A stretch of 64,000 nucleotides of DNA from Burkholderiales bacterium (GCA_043743335.1 JAYTWR010000149.1:11924-75923), one strand, 5' to 3'. Counted from the stretch's first letter, positions 1 through 9,108 are shown. The notes: a model not told the origin generated them from the letters alone. Numbers and translations are program-made.

Positions 1-1
1 G

Positions 2-328
2 TTGGGCACTTTCCATACAGCGACCAGCGTGGAGTTCGTGGTGCTGGGCGAAACCATCACCCGCACCACGCATTTGTCTGATATGGCACGCATGGGGCAA
101 ATCTGGGTCACCAAAAAATTCATGAGTAAGCTCTCAATCGCCGAGCGTGACCGAATTGAATTTGGTGTCGATCGCATTGCCTCCAATGGCCAGCGCGGGT
201 TCGTGCAGTCCAGTTATTCGCGAGTCGACAATGTGGTTTATGTGGGCACCGGGCGCTATGCCAAGCTACAGGACATCGCGGGGCTTGCAGTGACTGAAAT
301 TCGTCATGTAAAGTCGGCACAGCCGTGA
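2..328 (+). CDS. hypothetical protein (5' end outside window)
   Basis: ORF open to the window edge with GC-rich codon usage like its neighbours; no family recognised by eye. Confidence 0.3.
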   Translation: MGTFHTATSVEFVVLGETITRTTHLSDMARMGQIWVTKKFMSKLSIAERDRIEFGVDRIASNGQRGFVQSSYSRVDNVVYVGTGRYAKLQDIAGLAVTEIRHVKSAQP

Positions 329-425
329 TCTACCTAGGGTGCCATCCCCCTCAGGCCCCAAGCTGAGGGCTGTGAGGGCTGTATAGCCGCCCGCTTTCGT
401 CGCCCCCCACCCTTGACCCCGGCCT

Positions 426-920
426 TTGCGCCGTGGTTTGTGTTGCCGGAGTCTGATTCTGTCATTTACTGTGCCCCAAGCCGAAGTCACGCTGCCCATC
501 AAGCCTTCCCGCAGGCTCGCGCACTACCTGACGCTAATGGCCGTCGTGCCGGTAGTGCCGGCGCTGAGCTACTTGCCGGTGGAATGGAGCTTGGCGTTGG
601 CGTTGGTGGTGGCTGGATGCCTCGTACACGTGCTGCGATTGCACGCTTGGCGAACGCATCCGCGTGCCATCGTTGCACTGTGGTGTGGGCACGGCAGCCT
701 TGCTTGCGATACTCGCGCGGGCGCGTGGCGAGACGTGAGTGCAGCACCGGGCGGATTTGTCGCAGCGTGGCTGACGGTGATAAAGCTTCAGTCCCCAGAC
801 GGCAGCGTTCGGGCGAGCTATCTGGTGCTGGTGCCAGGCTGTATGGCGGCTGACCATTATCGGCGACTGCGGGTGCATTTGCGGTGGGCGCGGGCGAGTG
901 TGGCACGTGGCCACTTATAA
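426..920 (+). CDS. small two-TM membrane protein, CptA/YgfX-like (start codon uncertain)
   Basis: Two hydrophobic helices, then the tail LVLVPGCMAADHYRRLRVHLRW, which resembles the E. coli YgfX C-terminus as I recall it (LWLAADSMDEAEWRDLRRIL). No sdhE partner seen upstream. Confidence 0.4.
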   Translation: MRRGLCCRSLILSFTVPQAEVTLPIKPSRRLAHYLTLMAVVPVVPALSYLPVEWSLALALVVAGCLVHVLRLHAWRTHPRAIVALWCGHGSLACDTRAGAWRDVSAAPGGFVAAWLTVIKLQSPDGSVRASYLVLVPGCMAADHYRRLRVHLRWARASVARGHL

Positions 921-933
921 GTATTTGATTTGG
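915..933 (-). repeat. AT-rich junction element, exact IHF-consensus core (918-930)
   Basis: Reverse complement AATCAAATACTTA fits WATCAANNNNTTR. It overlaps the stop codon of the 426-920 ORF. Confidence 0.7.
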
Positions 934-1045
934 CAGTGAAATAATCTATATAACGATGAATTAAATACTTTACATAATATACATTATACGAAGTATTGGA
1001 GTTACTTATAAAGAGGGATGCTGCCGAATTCTGTTACGCGCTAAC
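921..1045. other. about 125-bp strongly A+T-rich island between convergent genes
   Basis: Sharp composition drop relative to both flanks. Contains the element copy above and a second degenerate one (GAAGTATTGGAGTTACTTATAAAG). Confidence 0.7.
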
Positions 1046-2254
1046 CTACACGCTAACGACTGCCCGCGACTCCCGCCACGCCAACAACGCTGGCACCGGC
1101 ATGGCTTTGGCAAACAAATAGCCTTGCGCCAGATCGCATTTGAGGCGGCGCAGTCGCTGGAATTGCGCCTCCGTCTCCACACCTTCCGCCACCACTTTCA
1201 TGTGCAGCTCATGGCCGATTTCAATGGTCTTGCGGACGATCACTTCAGCGATGTGATCGTGCTCCATCGCGCTGGTGAATTCTTTGTCGATTTTGATTTC
1301 GTTGGCTGGGATGCGCTTCAACTGATGCATCATCGAAAACCCGGTGCCAAAGTCATCAATTGACAAATTGACGCCGCGCAGTCTGAGTCGCGCCAAGATA
1401 TCCAGCGCTTGAGCCACTTTTTGAATCATGCCGGATTCGGTCACTTCCACCACAATCCGGTCCGGCGCAACGCTGGCTGCCCGCGCGCTCATCAGCAGCC
1501 GGTCCGGCAGCTTCAGGTCGCATAAAGAAAATGCCGAAACGTTAATCGACAGTGTCGGCGTCCATTCGTGCGCACGAAAAACCTTCGCGTCTTCGAGCAC
1601 TTGCTCTACCACCACCCATGTCAACTCATCAATCAGCCCGCAGGATTCTGCCAGTGGAATAAACGCGTCCGGAAAAATCAAGCCGTGTTGCGGATGCGCC
1701 CACCGCAGCAGGGCTTCAACCCCCACTGGCTCGCCGGACGCCACGTCGATTTGCGGCTGGTAATAGGCGATCAGTTGCTTTGCGGCCAGTGCTTGACGCA
1801 AGGCTTCTGCGGTCAATGTTGGCACCGCATTCGACACGCTTGCACCTGCGGGTGCCAGCGCGACAATCTCATCCGCCTGTCGCAAAAACGCTTCAAGATC
1901 GCTGCGCACCAGCGGCTTGCTCAGCCGGCCCAGCACGCGCAAGCGCAACTCACGCGCCATTTCCTCGGCCACTTGCAGCGTGCGGCGCTCTGCCCCACTA
2001 AACAGCAGTATCCCCGCGCGGCACTGCTGCTCAGATAGAAAGCGCAGCACTTCGATGCCGTCGACACCCGACATCATCAAGTCAACCATAATGACCGCCA
2101 CATCGTCCGCCAGTAATGCTTTAAATGCGGTAAAGGTGCGCGCATGCTCGCAGGCAAAGCCCATCGGGGTCGCGATAGCCGAGATAATCAGCCCAAAAAA
2201 ATGACTGTCATCATCGATGGTCAGCAGACGTCTCATGACTTGCTGGGGATCCAC
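1046..2254 (-). CDS. response regulator receiver + EAL domain protein (c-di-GMP phosphodiesterase)
   Basis: N-terminal CheY-like receiver (IDDD..., VDLMMSGVDG). EAL-domain motifs YYQPQ, EALLRW, DDFGTGFS and KIDKEF. Confidence 0.85.
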   Translation of the reverse strand: MDPQQVMRRLLTIDDDSHFFGLIISAIATPMGFACEHARTFTAFKALLADDVAVIMVDLMMSGVDGIEVLRFLSEQQCRAGILLFSGAERRTLQVAEEMARELRLRVLGRLSKPLVRSDLEAFLRQADEIVALAPAGASVSNAVPTLTAEALRQALAAKQLIAYYQPQIDVASGEPVGVEALLRWAHPQHGLIFPDAFIPLAESCGLIDELTWVVVEQVLEDAKVFRAHEWTPTLSINVSAFSLCDLKLPDRLLMSARAASVAPDRIVVEVTESGMIQKVAQALDILARLRLRGVNLSIDDFGTGFSMMHQLKRIPANEIKIDKEFTSAMEHDHIAEVIVRKTIEIGHELHMKVVAEGVETEAQFQRLRRLKCDLAQGYLFAKAMPVPALLAWRESRAVVSV

Positions 2255-2524
2255 TCTGGGCTGCTAACCGTCATTTTGGCTAGCGAAAATATAGCAATGG
2301 CTTACAAAATTTTCAAACACCAGTATACAGAGTCCCACTTCCGATTTTGATATCCTACTGTAACAGATTTGTATCTTTCAGTAGCACTGAATTTCCGCTG
2401 AGACGCGCAAGCGCCGTGATTTATGCCGAAGCGTGTGATGTGCTCACGCAAGGCAATATCGCGATGTCAGCGCCACGACCGATGCGGTCGCTTCGTCACC
2501 GGCATCTTATGACGAATCTGAATA

Positions 2525-2548
2525 GTCAATAAAAACAATAAGTTAGTG
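2525..2548 (+). repeat. AT-rich junction element, variant core AAACAATAAGTTA (2533-2545)
   Basis: GTCAATAAAAACAATAAGTTAGTG aligns to the CTCAATAAAATCAATTAGTTA subfamily; 1 core mismatch. Confidence 0.55.
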
Positions 2549-2564
2549 AAAGTACCGTCAAGCA

Positions 2565-2705
2565 TCAGTCAATTTTCGCGCCGGCGATTTCGACAATCTC
2601 TGCGAACTTTTTAATTTCCACACCCAAAAATTCGCGCAACTGCTCTGCCGTGGACCACTCCGGCGGCGCGCCCATTTTCAGCAGCGTGTCTGCGACCTGT
2701 GGGCT
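2565..2705 (-). pseudogene. Bug/TctC-family receptor, C-terminal fragment only
   Basis: Only about 46 aa remain (PQVADTLLKMGAPPEWSTAEQLREFLGVEIKKFAEIVEIAGAKID). This is the typical Bug C-terminus, with no upstream body. Confidence 0.6.
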
Positions 2706-2896
2706 TGATAGTCCGCGGCTAGCGCGTGTAACGGCAGCACGACCAAGGCCACACGCATGACGCTGCGCATCATGGGCTCTTGATCGTTGCAATCGAGCCA
2801 CGTTTGGTAGAATTCGCCGAACGTCGCTTCATCCAGCGCTTTCACATCGACGCCGCTGATTTCCGCGCCTATCGGCCCCATGCGACGAATTTCCAT
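2678..2896 (-). pseudogene. TauD/TfdA-family dioxygenase, N-terminal fragment
   Basis: Good SD (AGGAG) and start. MEIRRMGPIGAEISGVDVKALDEATFGEF is a typical TauD N-terminus, but the frame ends after about 70 aa and runs into the Bug remnant. Confidence 0.55.
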
Positions 2897-3037
2897 GATC
2901 CGAACTCCTGCGTGATTGGTGTGCTGGCGGCAGTTTAGCCGCTTCGTGTACGGATGTAATCCGCCATCGGGAGCAGCGCAAATTTGATACGCTACAGGCT
3001 CTTTGCCCATTCTCGTTCCAAACGCCGGAAGGATGTC

Positions 3038-3262
3038 ATGCACTGCTTGAGCGTACTTAGCATACTCAGCCTGATTTGCGTTGCAACCACCGTCGCCATC
3101 TCGTCAGCAAGCGCACAGCCCTACCCCGCCAAACCCTTGCGCTTCATCCTGCCGTTCCCACCCGGCGGCGCTACTGATGCCGTAGGCCGCACCATCGCTG
3201 AACGCTTCTCATCCGCGATGTCGGCATACGCGGCGACTGACCCACGCGCATGGACGCTCTGA
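3038..3262 (+). pseudogene. Bug/TctC-family receptor, N-terminal fragment
   Basis: Signal peptide plus QPYPAKPLRFILPFPPGGATDAVGRTIAERFS, then the frame degenerates and stops after about 75 aa (full length is about 325 aa). Confidence 0.6.
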
Positions 3263-3459
3263 CCGCGTTCGGTCTCGTTGCGCTAAGTGCAATGATGTTC
3301 TGCTACGCACTCGAAGACAAAAGCCGCTGGTATACGCTGGGATTCGCCCTCGCCTGCGGTTTGGCATCGGTCTACGGATTCCTGCAAGGGGCGTGGCCGT
3401 TCGGTGTGGTCGAGGCGATTTGGCTGCTGGTCGCCTTGCGCAAGTGGGCGCGGCGGTGA
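3250..3459 (+). CDS. small hydrophobic membrane protein
   Basis: 69-aa ORF with 2-3 predicted TM helices; family not recognised. Confidence 0.4.
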   Translation: MDALTAFGLVALSAMMFCYALEDKSRWYTLGFALACGLASVYGFLQGAWPFGVVEAIWLLVALRKWARR

Positions 3460-3546
3460 TGCAATGGCTATCCGTGAATCGGCCTTACCGTGCTGAGGCT
3501 ACAATACTGCGGGTGCTGGCGCTCGCGGTAATGAATTAAAAATATG

Positions 3547-3567
3547 TTTAAAATCAATTACTTATGA
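3547..3567 (+). repeat. AT-rich junction element, exact core AATCAATTACTTA (3552-3564)
   Basis: TTTAAAATCAATTACTTATG, 29 nt upstream of the acyl-CoA dehydrogenase ATG. Confidence 0.8.
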
Positions 3568-3592
3568 TAAACCCACACTTCACCAGGCGACC

Positions 3593-4801
3593 ATGGATTT
3601 CACCCTAACCCCAGACCACCAGCGCTGGATCAAACTCGCGCGCGAATTCACCGAAAAAATCATCCAGCCTGACGTACTGCGTCGCGATCGGCTGCCGACT
3701 GCCGAAGCGCGCATTCCGTGGGACTGGATACGCGAAGCCGACAAGCAAGGCATACGCACCATGGGCGTGCCCAAACAATTCGGTGGCGCGGGCTGCGATA
3801 TTTTCACCATGTGCCTAGTCGGTGAAGAGCTGGCCGTGGGCGACTTGGGCTTTGCGGTCATCATGGATCAATGCTGGAAAATGGCACACCTGTTTAGCGA
3901 AGCCATGAACGCGGAACAGCAGCAGCGTTTCATTCCCCAATTTGTCGCCGACCCCGAAGCCACCACCGCCATCGGCATCACCGAGGCGGGCGCGGGTTCG
4001 GATCATCAAGGCTATTACGACTCGCCGGATATTGATTTCAAAACCACGGCGGTGCGCGACGGCGATCACTACGTGCTCAATGGCACCAAGCGCTACGTCT
4101 CCAACGGCAGCATGGCGAAACTGTATTTCATCGTCGCGCGCACCGATACCAGCAAGACGCTGCGCGAAGGCGGCAGCATCTTCATCGTGCCCTCTGACAC
4201 ACCTGGCTATCGCCCCGGGTTTTTTCACGAAAAAAGCAGCCAGCGCCTCGCCACCAATGGCACGTTCCATTTTGAAAACTGCCGCGTACCCATCGGCAAC
4301 ATGTTGCAAGGCGAAGGCCTGCTGGGACGGCTGCGTGCCGACTATATGTGGGGCAGCAAAGCCGAAGCCGCCGCCACCGCGCTGGGCGTGGGCCGCGCGG
4401 CCTACGAATACGCGCTGGCCTACGCCAAAAAACGCGTCCAAGGCGGCAAGCCCATCGTGCAATTGGAGTCGGTCGCCATGATGCTAGGCACAATGGCCAT
4501 GAAGCTCGACGCCGCGCGCCTGCAAATCTGGAAAGCCGCATGGCTCGCCGACCGCAAACAGCCCGAAGCCCGCGCGTTGGGCCTGCTGGCCAAGGTGAAC
4601 GCCTCTGAAACCGCGTTCGAGTGCTGCCGCCTCGCCGGCGAAATCCTCGGCGGCGCGTCGATCATGTACGACCACCCGGTCGAAAAATACCTGCGCGATG
4701 CGTCGAGCTTTTTACACTCGGACGGGACCAATCAAGTGTGTTTGCTGCGGGCTACGCAGGCGATTGCGGGTAATGCGCACGCCAACGTGTTCGGGTTTTA
4801 G
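3593..4801 (+). CDS. acyl-CoA dehydrogenase family protein
   Basis: 402 aa with ACAD-like architecture (GITEAGAGSD, C-terminal LHSDGTNQV). Confidence 0.85.
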   Translation: MDFTLTPDHQRWIKLAREFTEKIIQPDVLRRDRLPTAEARIPWDWIREADKQGIRTMGVPKQFGGAGCDIFTMCLVGEELAVGDLGFAVIMDQCWKMAHLFSEAMNAEQQQRFIPQFVADPEATTAIGITEAGAGSDHQGYYDSPDIDFKTTAVRDGDHYVLNGTKRYVSNGSMAKLYFIVARTDTSKTLREGGSIFIVPSDTPGYRPGFFHEKSSQRLATNGTFHFENCRVPIGNMLQGEGLLGRLRADYMWGSKAEAAATALGVGRAAYEYALAYAKKRVQGGKPIVQLESVAMMLGTMAMKLDAARLQIWKAAWLADRKQPEARALGLLAKVNASETAFECCRLAGEILGGASIMYDHPVEKYLRDASSFLHSDGTNQVCLLRATQAIAGNAHANVFGF

Positions 4802-4814
4802 TGAGTAACCGGGA

Positions 4815-5240
4815 TCACGTGGCACCGTACTGAGCGTCGTTCAGCGCAGGCGTGAGGTGCTTAAACGCCACCGGCACAAAATCATAGCCGTTGTGCGGCG
4901 CGTGTACGATGAGGAAAAACGCCTCGTCGGTTGTGCTGGGGTTGAACACCTCGTGGCGCACGCCCGGCGGCATGGCGCAAAACGCGCCGGGTTTTAACTC
5001 GAAAATGCCGTGGCCGTGCTGACCTTCGTGGCGAATTTCCAGCACGCCTTTCACGCCCACAAATAAGTCATACACGCGCGAATGCAAATGGCGCGGCACG
5101 CCCGACCCCGGCGCCACGCGAAACACGGCAGATTGCACGGGGCCGTCTTCGTGAATCACGCCTTTTTCGCAGCCGGGACGGCGTGAGGCGAAGTCAATTT
5201 TTGTGATGTCATCGACGGTAATAACCGGTTGCTGGCCCAT
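4815..5240 (-). CDS. cupin domain protein
   Basis: Cupin motifs GVPRHLHSRVYDLFVGVKG and PPGVRHEVFN. Start taken at MGQQ, which has an AAGGA SD; the longer ORF to 5321 has no SD. Confidence 0.7.
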   Translation of the reverse strand: MGQQPVITVDDITKIDFASRRPGCEKGVIHEDGPVQSAVFRVAPGSGVPRHLHSRVYDLFVGVKGVLEIRHEGQHGHGIFELKPGAFCAMPPGVRHEVFNPSTTDEAFFLIVHAPHNGYDFVPVAFKHLTPALNDAQYGAT

Positions 5241-5393
5241 GGGCAATCCTTGTTGATAGCGAACGAGAAGCGCCATCATCGCATATCGATGCCCGACACG
5301 GCGCATTGAGTCCGCCGCCAAAAGCCCGGATAATGCACGCCACTTACGGTGCCGACGACCGCGTAGGCCCGCCCAAAACCATCAGGAGCGAAC

Positions 5394-6407
5394 ATGAAAG
5401 CAGTGGTATTGAACGAACACGGCGGTCTGGAAAAATTGCAGATCGTGAACGATTTTCCCGACCCGGTGGTGGTGGAGGGGCACGTCGTTATCAAAGTCGG
5501 CGCGACGTCGTTTAATTATCACGATGTGTTCACGGTGCGTGGCATGCCCGGCATCAAGGTGCCGATGCCGATGATTATTGGCTTGGATATCGCGGGCGAA
5601 ATTCTTGAAGTCGGTAGCGGCGTTAGCGGCGTTAGCGGCTGGAAAAAAGGCGACCGCGTGCTGGTGAATCCGCTCAACAAGAAAAAGGGCTTGATGGGCG
5701 AAATGATGCACGGCGGTCTAGCGGAAAAATGTCTGGTAGCTGCCGATCAATTGATTGCCATGCCGAACGAGGTGAGCTACGAACAAGCCGCCTCGCTGCC
5801 GGTGGCTTACGGCACGGCGCACCGCATGATCATCACTCACAACACCATCAAAAAAGGTGACAAGGTACTGGTGCTGGGCGCGAGCGGCGGCGTGGGTACG
5901 GGGTGCGTACTGCTGGCGAAAATGCTGGGCGCGGAAGTCATTGCCTGCGCTTCGAGTGCAGACAAAATCCAGCGCTTGAAAGACCTCGGTGCGGATCACG
6001 TCATCAATTACAAAGACACTGATTTCTCCAAGTGGGCCATCGAAAAATTCGGCAAGCCGCAACGCCGCAACAACGAAGGCGGCGTGGATGTGGTGATCAA
6101 CTTCACGGGCGGCGATACGTGGGGGCCGACGCTGCGTTGCGTGAAACGCGGCGGCAAAATTCTGGTGTGCGGTGCAACGGCGGGCTACGACCCGAAAGAA
6201 GACCTGCGCTATGTGTGGAGCTTTGAGTTGCAGATCATCGGCTCCAACAGCTTTTACGACGAGAACCTCAAAGCGCTGATGGACATGATTCAGCAAGGCA
6301 CGATGAAGCCGGTGATCGACGAAGTACTGCCGCTGGAACGCGCTGCCGAGGGCCTGCGTTTAATTGAAAACCGCGAAGTGTTTGGCAAGGTCATCATAAA
6401 ACCGTAA
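5394..6407 (+). CDS. zinc-type alcohol dehydrogenase / quinone oxidoreductase (MDR family)
   Basis: 337 aa with GDRV, the GASGGVG Rossmann motif and MDR length. Contains an in-frame 9-bp triplication (GSGVSGVSG). Confidence 0.85.
   Translation: MKAVVLNEHGGLEKLQIVNDFPDPVVVEGHVVIKVGATSFNYHDVFTVRGMPGIKVPMPMIIGLDIAGEILEVGSGVSGVSGWKKGDRVLVNPLNKKKGLMGEMMHGGLAEKCLVAADQLIAMPNEVSYEQAASLPVAYGTAHRMIITHNTIKKGDKVLVLGASGGVGTGCVLLAKMLGAEVIACASSADKIQRLKDLGADHVINYKDTDFSKWAIEKFGKPQRRNNEGGVDVVINFTGGDTWGPTLRCVKRGGKILVCGATAGYDPKEDLRYVWSFELQIIGSNSFYDENLKALMDMIQQGTMKPVIDEVLPLERAAEGLRLIENREVFGKVIIKP
5613..5639 (+). repeat. 9-bp tandem repeat x3, in frame in the MDR dehydrogenase
   Basis: GGTAGCGGC GTTAGCGGC GTTAGCGGC encodes GSGVSGVSG. 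Confidence 0.9.
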
Positions 6408-6434
6408 CTAATTGATTTTATTGAGTTATTTTAA
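6405..6434 (-). repeat. AT-rich junction element, exact core (6405-6417)
   Basis: TAACTAATTGATTTTATTGAGTTATTTTAA. It begins with the ADH stop codon and ends 7 nt before the next ATG. Confidence 0.85.
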
Positions 6435-6440
6435 CGGCAC

Positions 6441-8003
6441 ATGACCACCGCCCTGCCCTTCATCCCCTGCCCCGAGCCTCGCGGCTACGCTGGCAATCTC
6501 GGTGCGCTGTTCACCGCACACGCGAGGCTGACGCGCACCGCGCTGGTCGATATGAGCAACGCCACGCAGTCGCGCGAGGTGAGTTTTCGCGCGCTGGATG
6601 ACGCCTGCAATGCCGTGGCGCGCGGGCTCCTGCGCGCCGGTCTTCAAGCCGGTGACCGCATCGGCGTACTCTCGCTCAACCGCGTGGAATTTGTCGCGAC
6701 GGTGCTGGGTGCCATGCGTGCGGGCGTGGTGCCGGTGCCCGTCAACATTAAGCTCGCCCCTGACAGCGCGCACTACATCCTCAACGATGCGGGTGCCAAG
6801 CTGGTGTTCGTCGAAAGCGCGTACTGTAAGCTGTGCCCGGACGGCGTGCGTGTGGTGACGTTCGGCGAAGACTTCGACACGTTTCTCGATGCTGGCCCGT
6901 TTGATGCCATCGAACCCACGCCCGATACCGTTGCGATTCAGCCGTATACGTCTGGCTCAACAGGCCAGCCCAAGGGCGTGCTGTTAACGCACTACGGGCA
7001 AAACTGGAGCCGCTTGATCCTGGCTCACACGCGTCGCACCACAGCGGCGGACGTGATTTTGGTGGCTGCGCCGCTGTATCACAAGAACGCGCTCAACGCG
7101 ATCAAGCAGGGTCTCACCGCTGGTGCGCAACTGGTGCTGATGCCGCAATTCAACATCGAGCGCTACATCGAAGCCATGGGCCGCTATCGCGCCACGGTGA
7201 TTTCCGGCGTGCCGACCATGATGTCCATGCTGCTCACGCGTCGCGAGTTGCTGGCGAAGATTGACACGAGCGGCGTGCGTACGGTCATGATGGGGTCTGC
7301 GCCCTCCTCTGCGCAGTTGTTGCGTGAACTGAAAACCGTGTTCCCCAACGCCGAAGCCTTGGTGGTGTATGGCGTGACGGAAGGCGGCCCGGTGCCGCTG
7401 GGGCCGCACCCGGCAGGCATGGCGCGTCCGGCAGGTTCGATCGGCTTTCCGTATGCGGGCACCGAAGCCAAACTGGTGGGCGGTGCCACGCCTAACGACG
7501 AGGCGAACGAAGCGGCGAACGAAGCGGCGAACGAAGGTGAGCTGGTGCTCAAAAACCCCGGGGTCCTGCTGGGCTATCACAACCTGCCTGCCGAGACCGC
7601 TAAACGCATCCGCGATGGCTGGTATTACAGCGGCGACATTTGCCGGCGCGACGCTGAAGGTTTTTACTACTTCGTCGGACGTAACGACGACATGTTTGTG
7701 TGCGGGGGCGAAAATATTTTCCCGATTGAAGTCGAGTCACTGCTGGAAAAACACCCCGCCGTGCACCAAGCCCATGTCATGCCCTTCGAGCACGCGCTGA
7801 AAGACAAAGTGCCCTACGCTTTTGTGGTGCTGCGCAATAACCAAAGTGCCAGCGAAGACGATCTCAAGCAATTCGCGCTGGCCAACGGCCCGGCGTATCA
7901 GCATCCACGCCGCGTGTTTTTTCTCGATCAGTTGCCACTGGCCGGCACCAACAAAATCGATCAACAGCAGTTGCGGCGCGTCGCGACTGGGAATAAACAG
8001 TAG
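6441..8003 (+). CDS. AMP-dependent acyl-CoA synthetase/ligase
   Basis: YTSGSTGQPKGV AMP-binding motif, GYHN, GDICRRDAEGFYYFVGRNDD. Carries an in-frame 12-bp x3 repeat. Confidence 0.85.
   Translation: MTTALPFIPCPEPRGYAGNLGALFTAHARLTRTALVDMSNATQSREVSFRALDDACNAVARGLLRAGLQAGDRIGVLSLNRVEFVATVLGAMRAGVVPVPVNIKLAPDSAHYILNDAGAKLVFVESAYCKLCPDGVRVVTFGEDFDTFLDAGPFDAIEPTPDTVAIQPYTSGSTGQPKGVLLTHYGQNWSRLILAHTRRTTAADVILVAAPLYHKNALNAIKQGLTAGAQLVLMPQFNIERYIEAMGRYRATVISGVPTMMSMLLTRRELLAKIDTSGVRTVMMGSAPSSAQLLRELKTVFPNAEALVVYGVTEGGPVPLGPHPAGMARPAGSIGFPYAGTEAKLVGGATPNDEANEAANEAANEGELVLKNPGVLLGYHNLPAETAKRIRDGWYYSGDICRRDAEGFYYFVGRNDDMFVCGGENIFPIEVESLLEKHPAVHQAHVMPFEHALKDKVPYAFVVLRNNQSASEDDLKQFALANGPAYQHPRRVFFLDQLPLAGTNKIDQQQLRRVATGNKQ
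7500..7535 (+). repeat. 12-bp tandem repeat x3, in frame in the AMP-ligase
   Basis: GAGGCGAACGAA GCGGCGAACGAA GCGGCGAACGAA encodes EANEAANEAANE. Confidence 0.9.
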
Positions 8004-8139
8004 CTGACGGCAACGCCAGTTCAAGTGTGCTACCGTTCAACAGCTTGTATTCGGTACCGGGTCATGAATAGACGTAGCTTCCCTCCCCCTCCCCTCCAAA
8101 CCACACCACTCCACTTCATCAACCAAAAGGAATCACCGC

Positions 8140-8883
8140 ATGGCACTCATCGAACAAAACATCATGGTCACCACCAAGCACGGTAAATGCCCGGCATTCG
8201 CGGCGTGCCCCGATGCACCCGGGCAGTTCCCCGGCATCATTCTCTACATGGATGCGCCGGGTTATCGCGAAGAACTTTGCAATATGGCGCGACGTATCGC
8301 CAAGCAAGGTTACTTTTGTTTGCTGCCGGATATGTATTACCGGCTCGGCACTTGCCGCTTTGATATACCGCGCCGCAATGACGCAATGTCTGCCGTCATC
8401 AAGGCCTCGATGAACAGCCTTACCAATGCCGACGTGACCGACGACACCGGCGCTTTTATCGCGTGGCTGGACGCGCAGGACAAAGTGAAACCCGGCCCGG
8501 TCGGCTGCGTCGGCCACTGTATGAGCGGTTGCTACATCACCACGGTGTCAGCGAAATTCCCCACGCGCATGATGGCGGCGGCTTCGCTGTATGGCGTGAA
8601 TGTCGTCACCGACAAGCCTGATTCGCCGCACCTGCTGCTCGACAAAATCAAGGGCGAACTCTATTACGGCTTTGCCGAGACCGACGGTTCCGTGCCGGCC
8701 AATGTCATCCCCACATTGACCGAAGCGCTGAAAAAGGCGGGCACCAAACACACGCTGGAAGTGTTGCCGGGCACGCTACACGGCTACTGCTTCTCGGAGC
8801 GCGCCTCGTATAACCCGGTGGCCTCCGAGCATTCGTGGCAGAAAATATTTGATCTGTGGGAGCGTAATCTTAAGAAGGCGTAA
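8140..8883 (+). CDS. dienelactone hydrolase family protein
   Basis: 247 aa with GHCMSG nucleophile-elbow-like motif and DLH-family length and pattern. Confidence 0.7.
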   Translation: MALIEQNIMVTTKHGKCPAFAACPDAPGQFPGIILYMDAPGYREELCNMARRIAKQGYFCLLPDMYYRLGTCRFDIPRRNDAMSAVIKASMNSLTNADVTDDTGAFIAWLDAQDKVKPGPVGCVGHCMSGCYITTVSAKFPTRMMAAASLYGVNVVTDKPDSPHLLLDKIKGELYYGFAETDGSVPANVIPTLTEALKKAGTKHTLEVLPGTLHGYCFSERASYNPVASEHSWQKIFDLWERNLKKA

Positions 8884-8903
8884 TCGAATAAAAGCATTTT
8901 AGC

Positions 8904-8932
8904 CACAGAGGTCACCGAGAACACAGAGAAAA
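8904..8932 (+). repeat. CACAGAGG-type element, copy 1
   Basis: CACAGAGGTCACCGAGAACACAGAGAAAA is about 80% identical to 32393-32421. Both lie about 20 nt after a plus-strand stop codon. Confidence 0.6.
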
Positions 8933-8990
8933 ACAACAGGGCTAACAGATCACCCGAGGCCCTTTATTGCGAAGCACTGCGGTTCGGCAC

Positions 8991-9069
8991 GTCGTTGTTT
9001 TTCCTCGTTGTTCTCGTTGTTCTCGTTGTTCTCGTTGTGCTCGTTGTTCTCGTTGTGCTCGTTGTTCTC
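8991..9069. repeat. 9-bp minisatellite (CTCGTTGTT/G), 7 full units plus degenerate ends
   Basis: Units counted at 9004-9066. Intergenic, between convergent genes; the ORFs across it are repeat translations. Confidence 0.9.
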
Positions 9070-9108
9070 TGCACCCGCTGTGGCAAAAGCGGTTTTTGAT
9101 TAAGTCGT

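Noticed and set aside
8991-9069. Possible CRISPR array
   Set aside because: The units are 9 bp and contiguous, with no spacers. No cas genes are present in the window.
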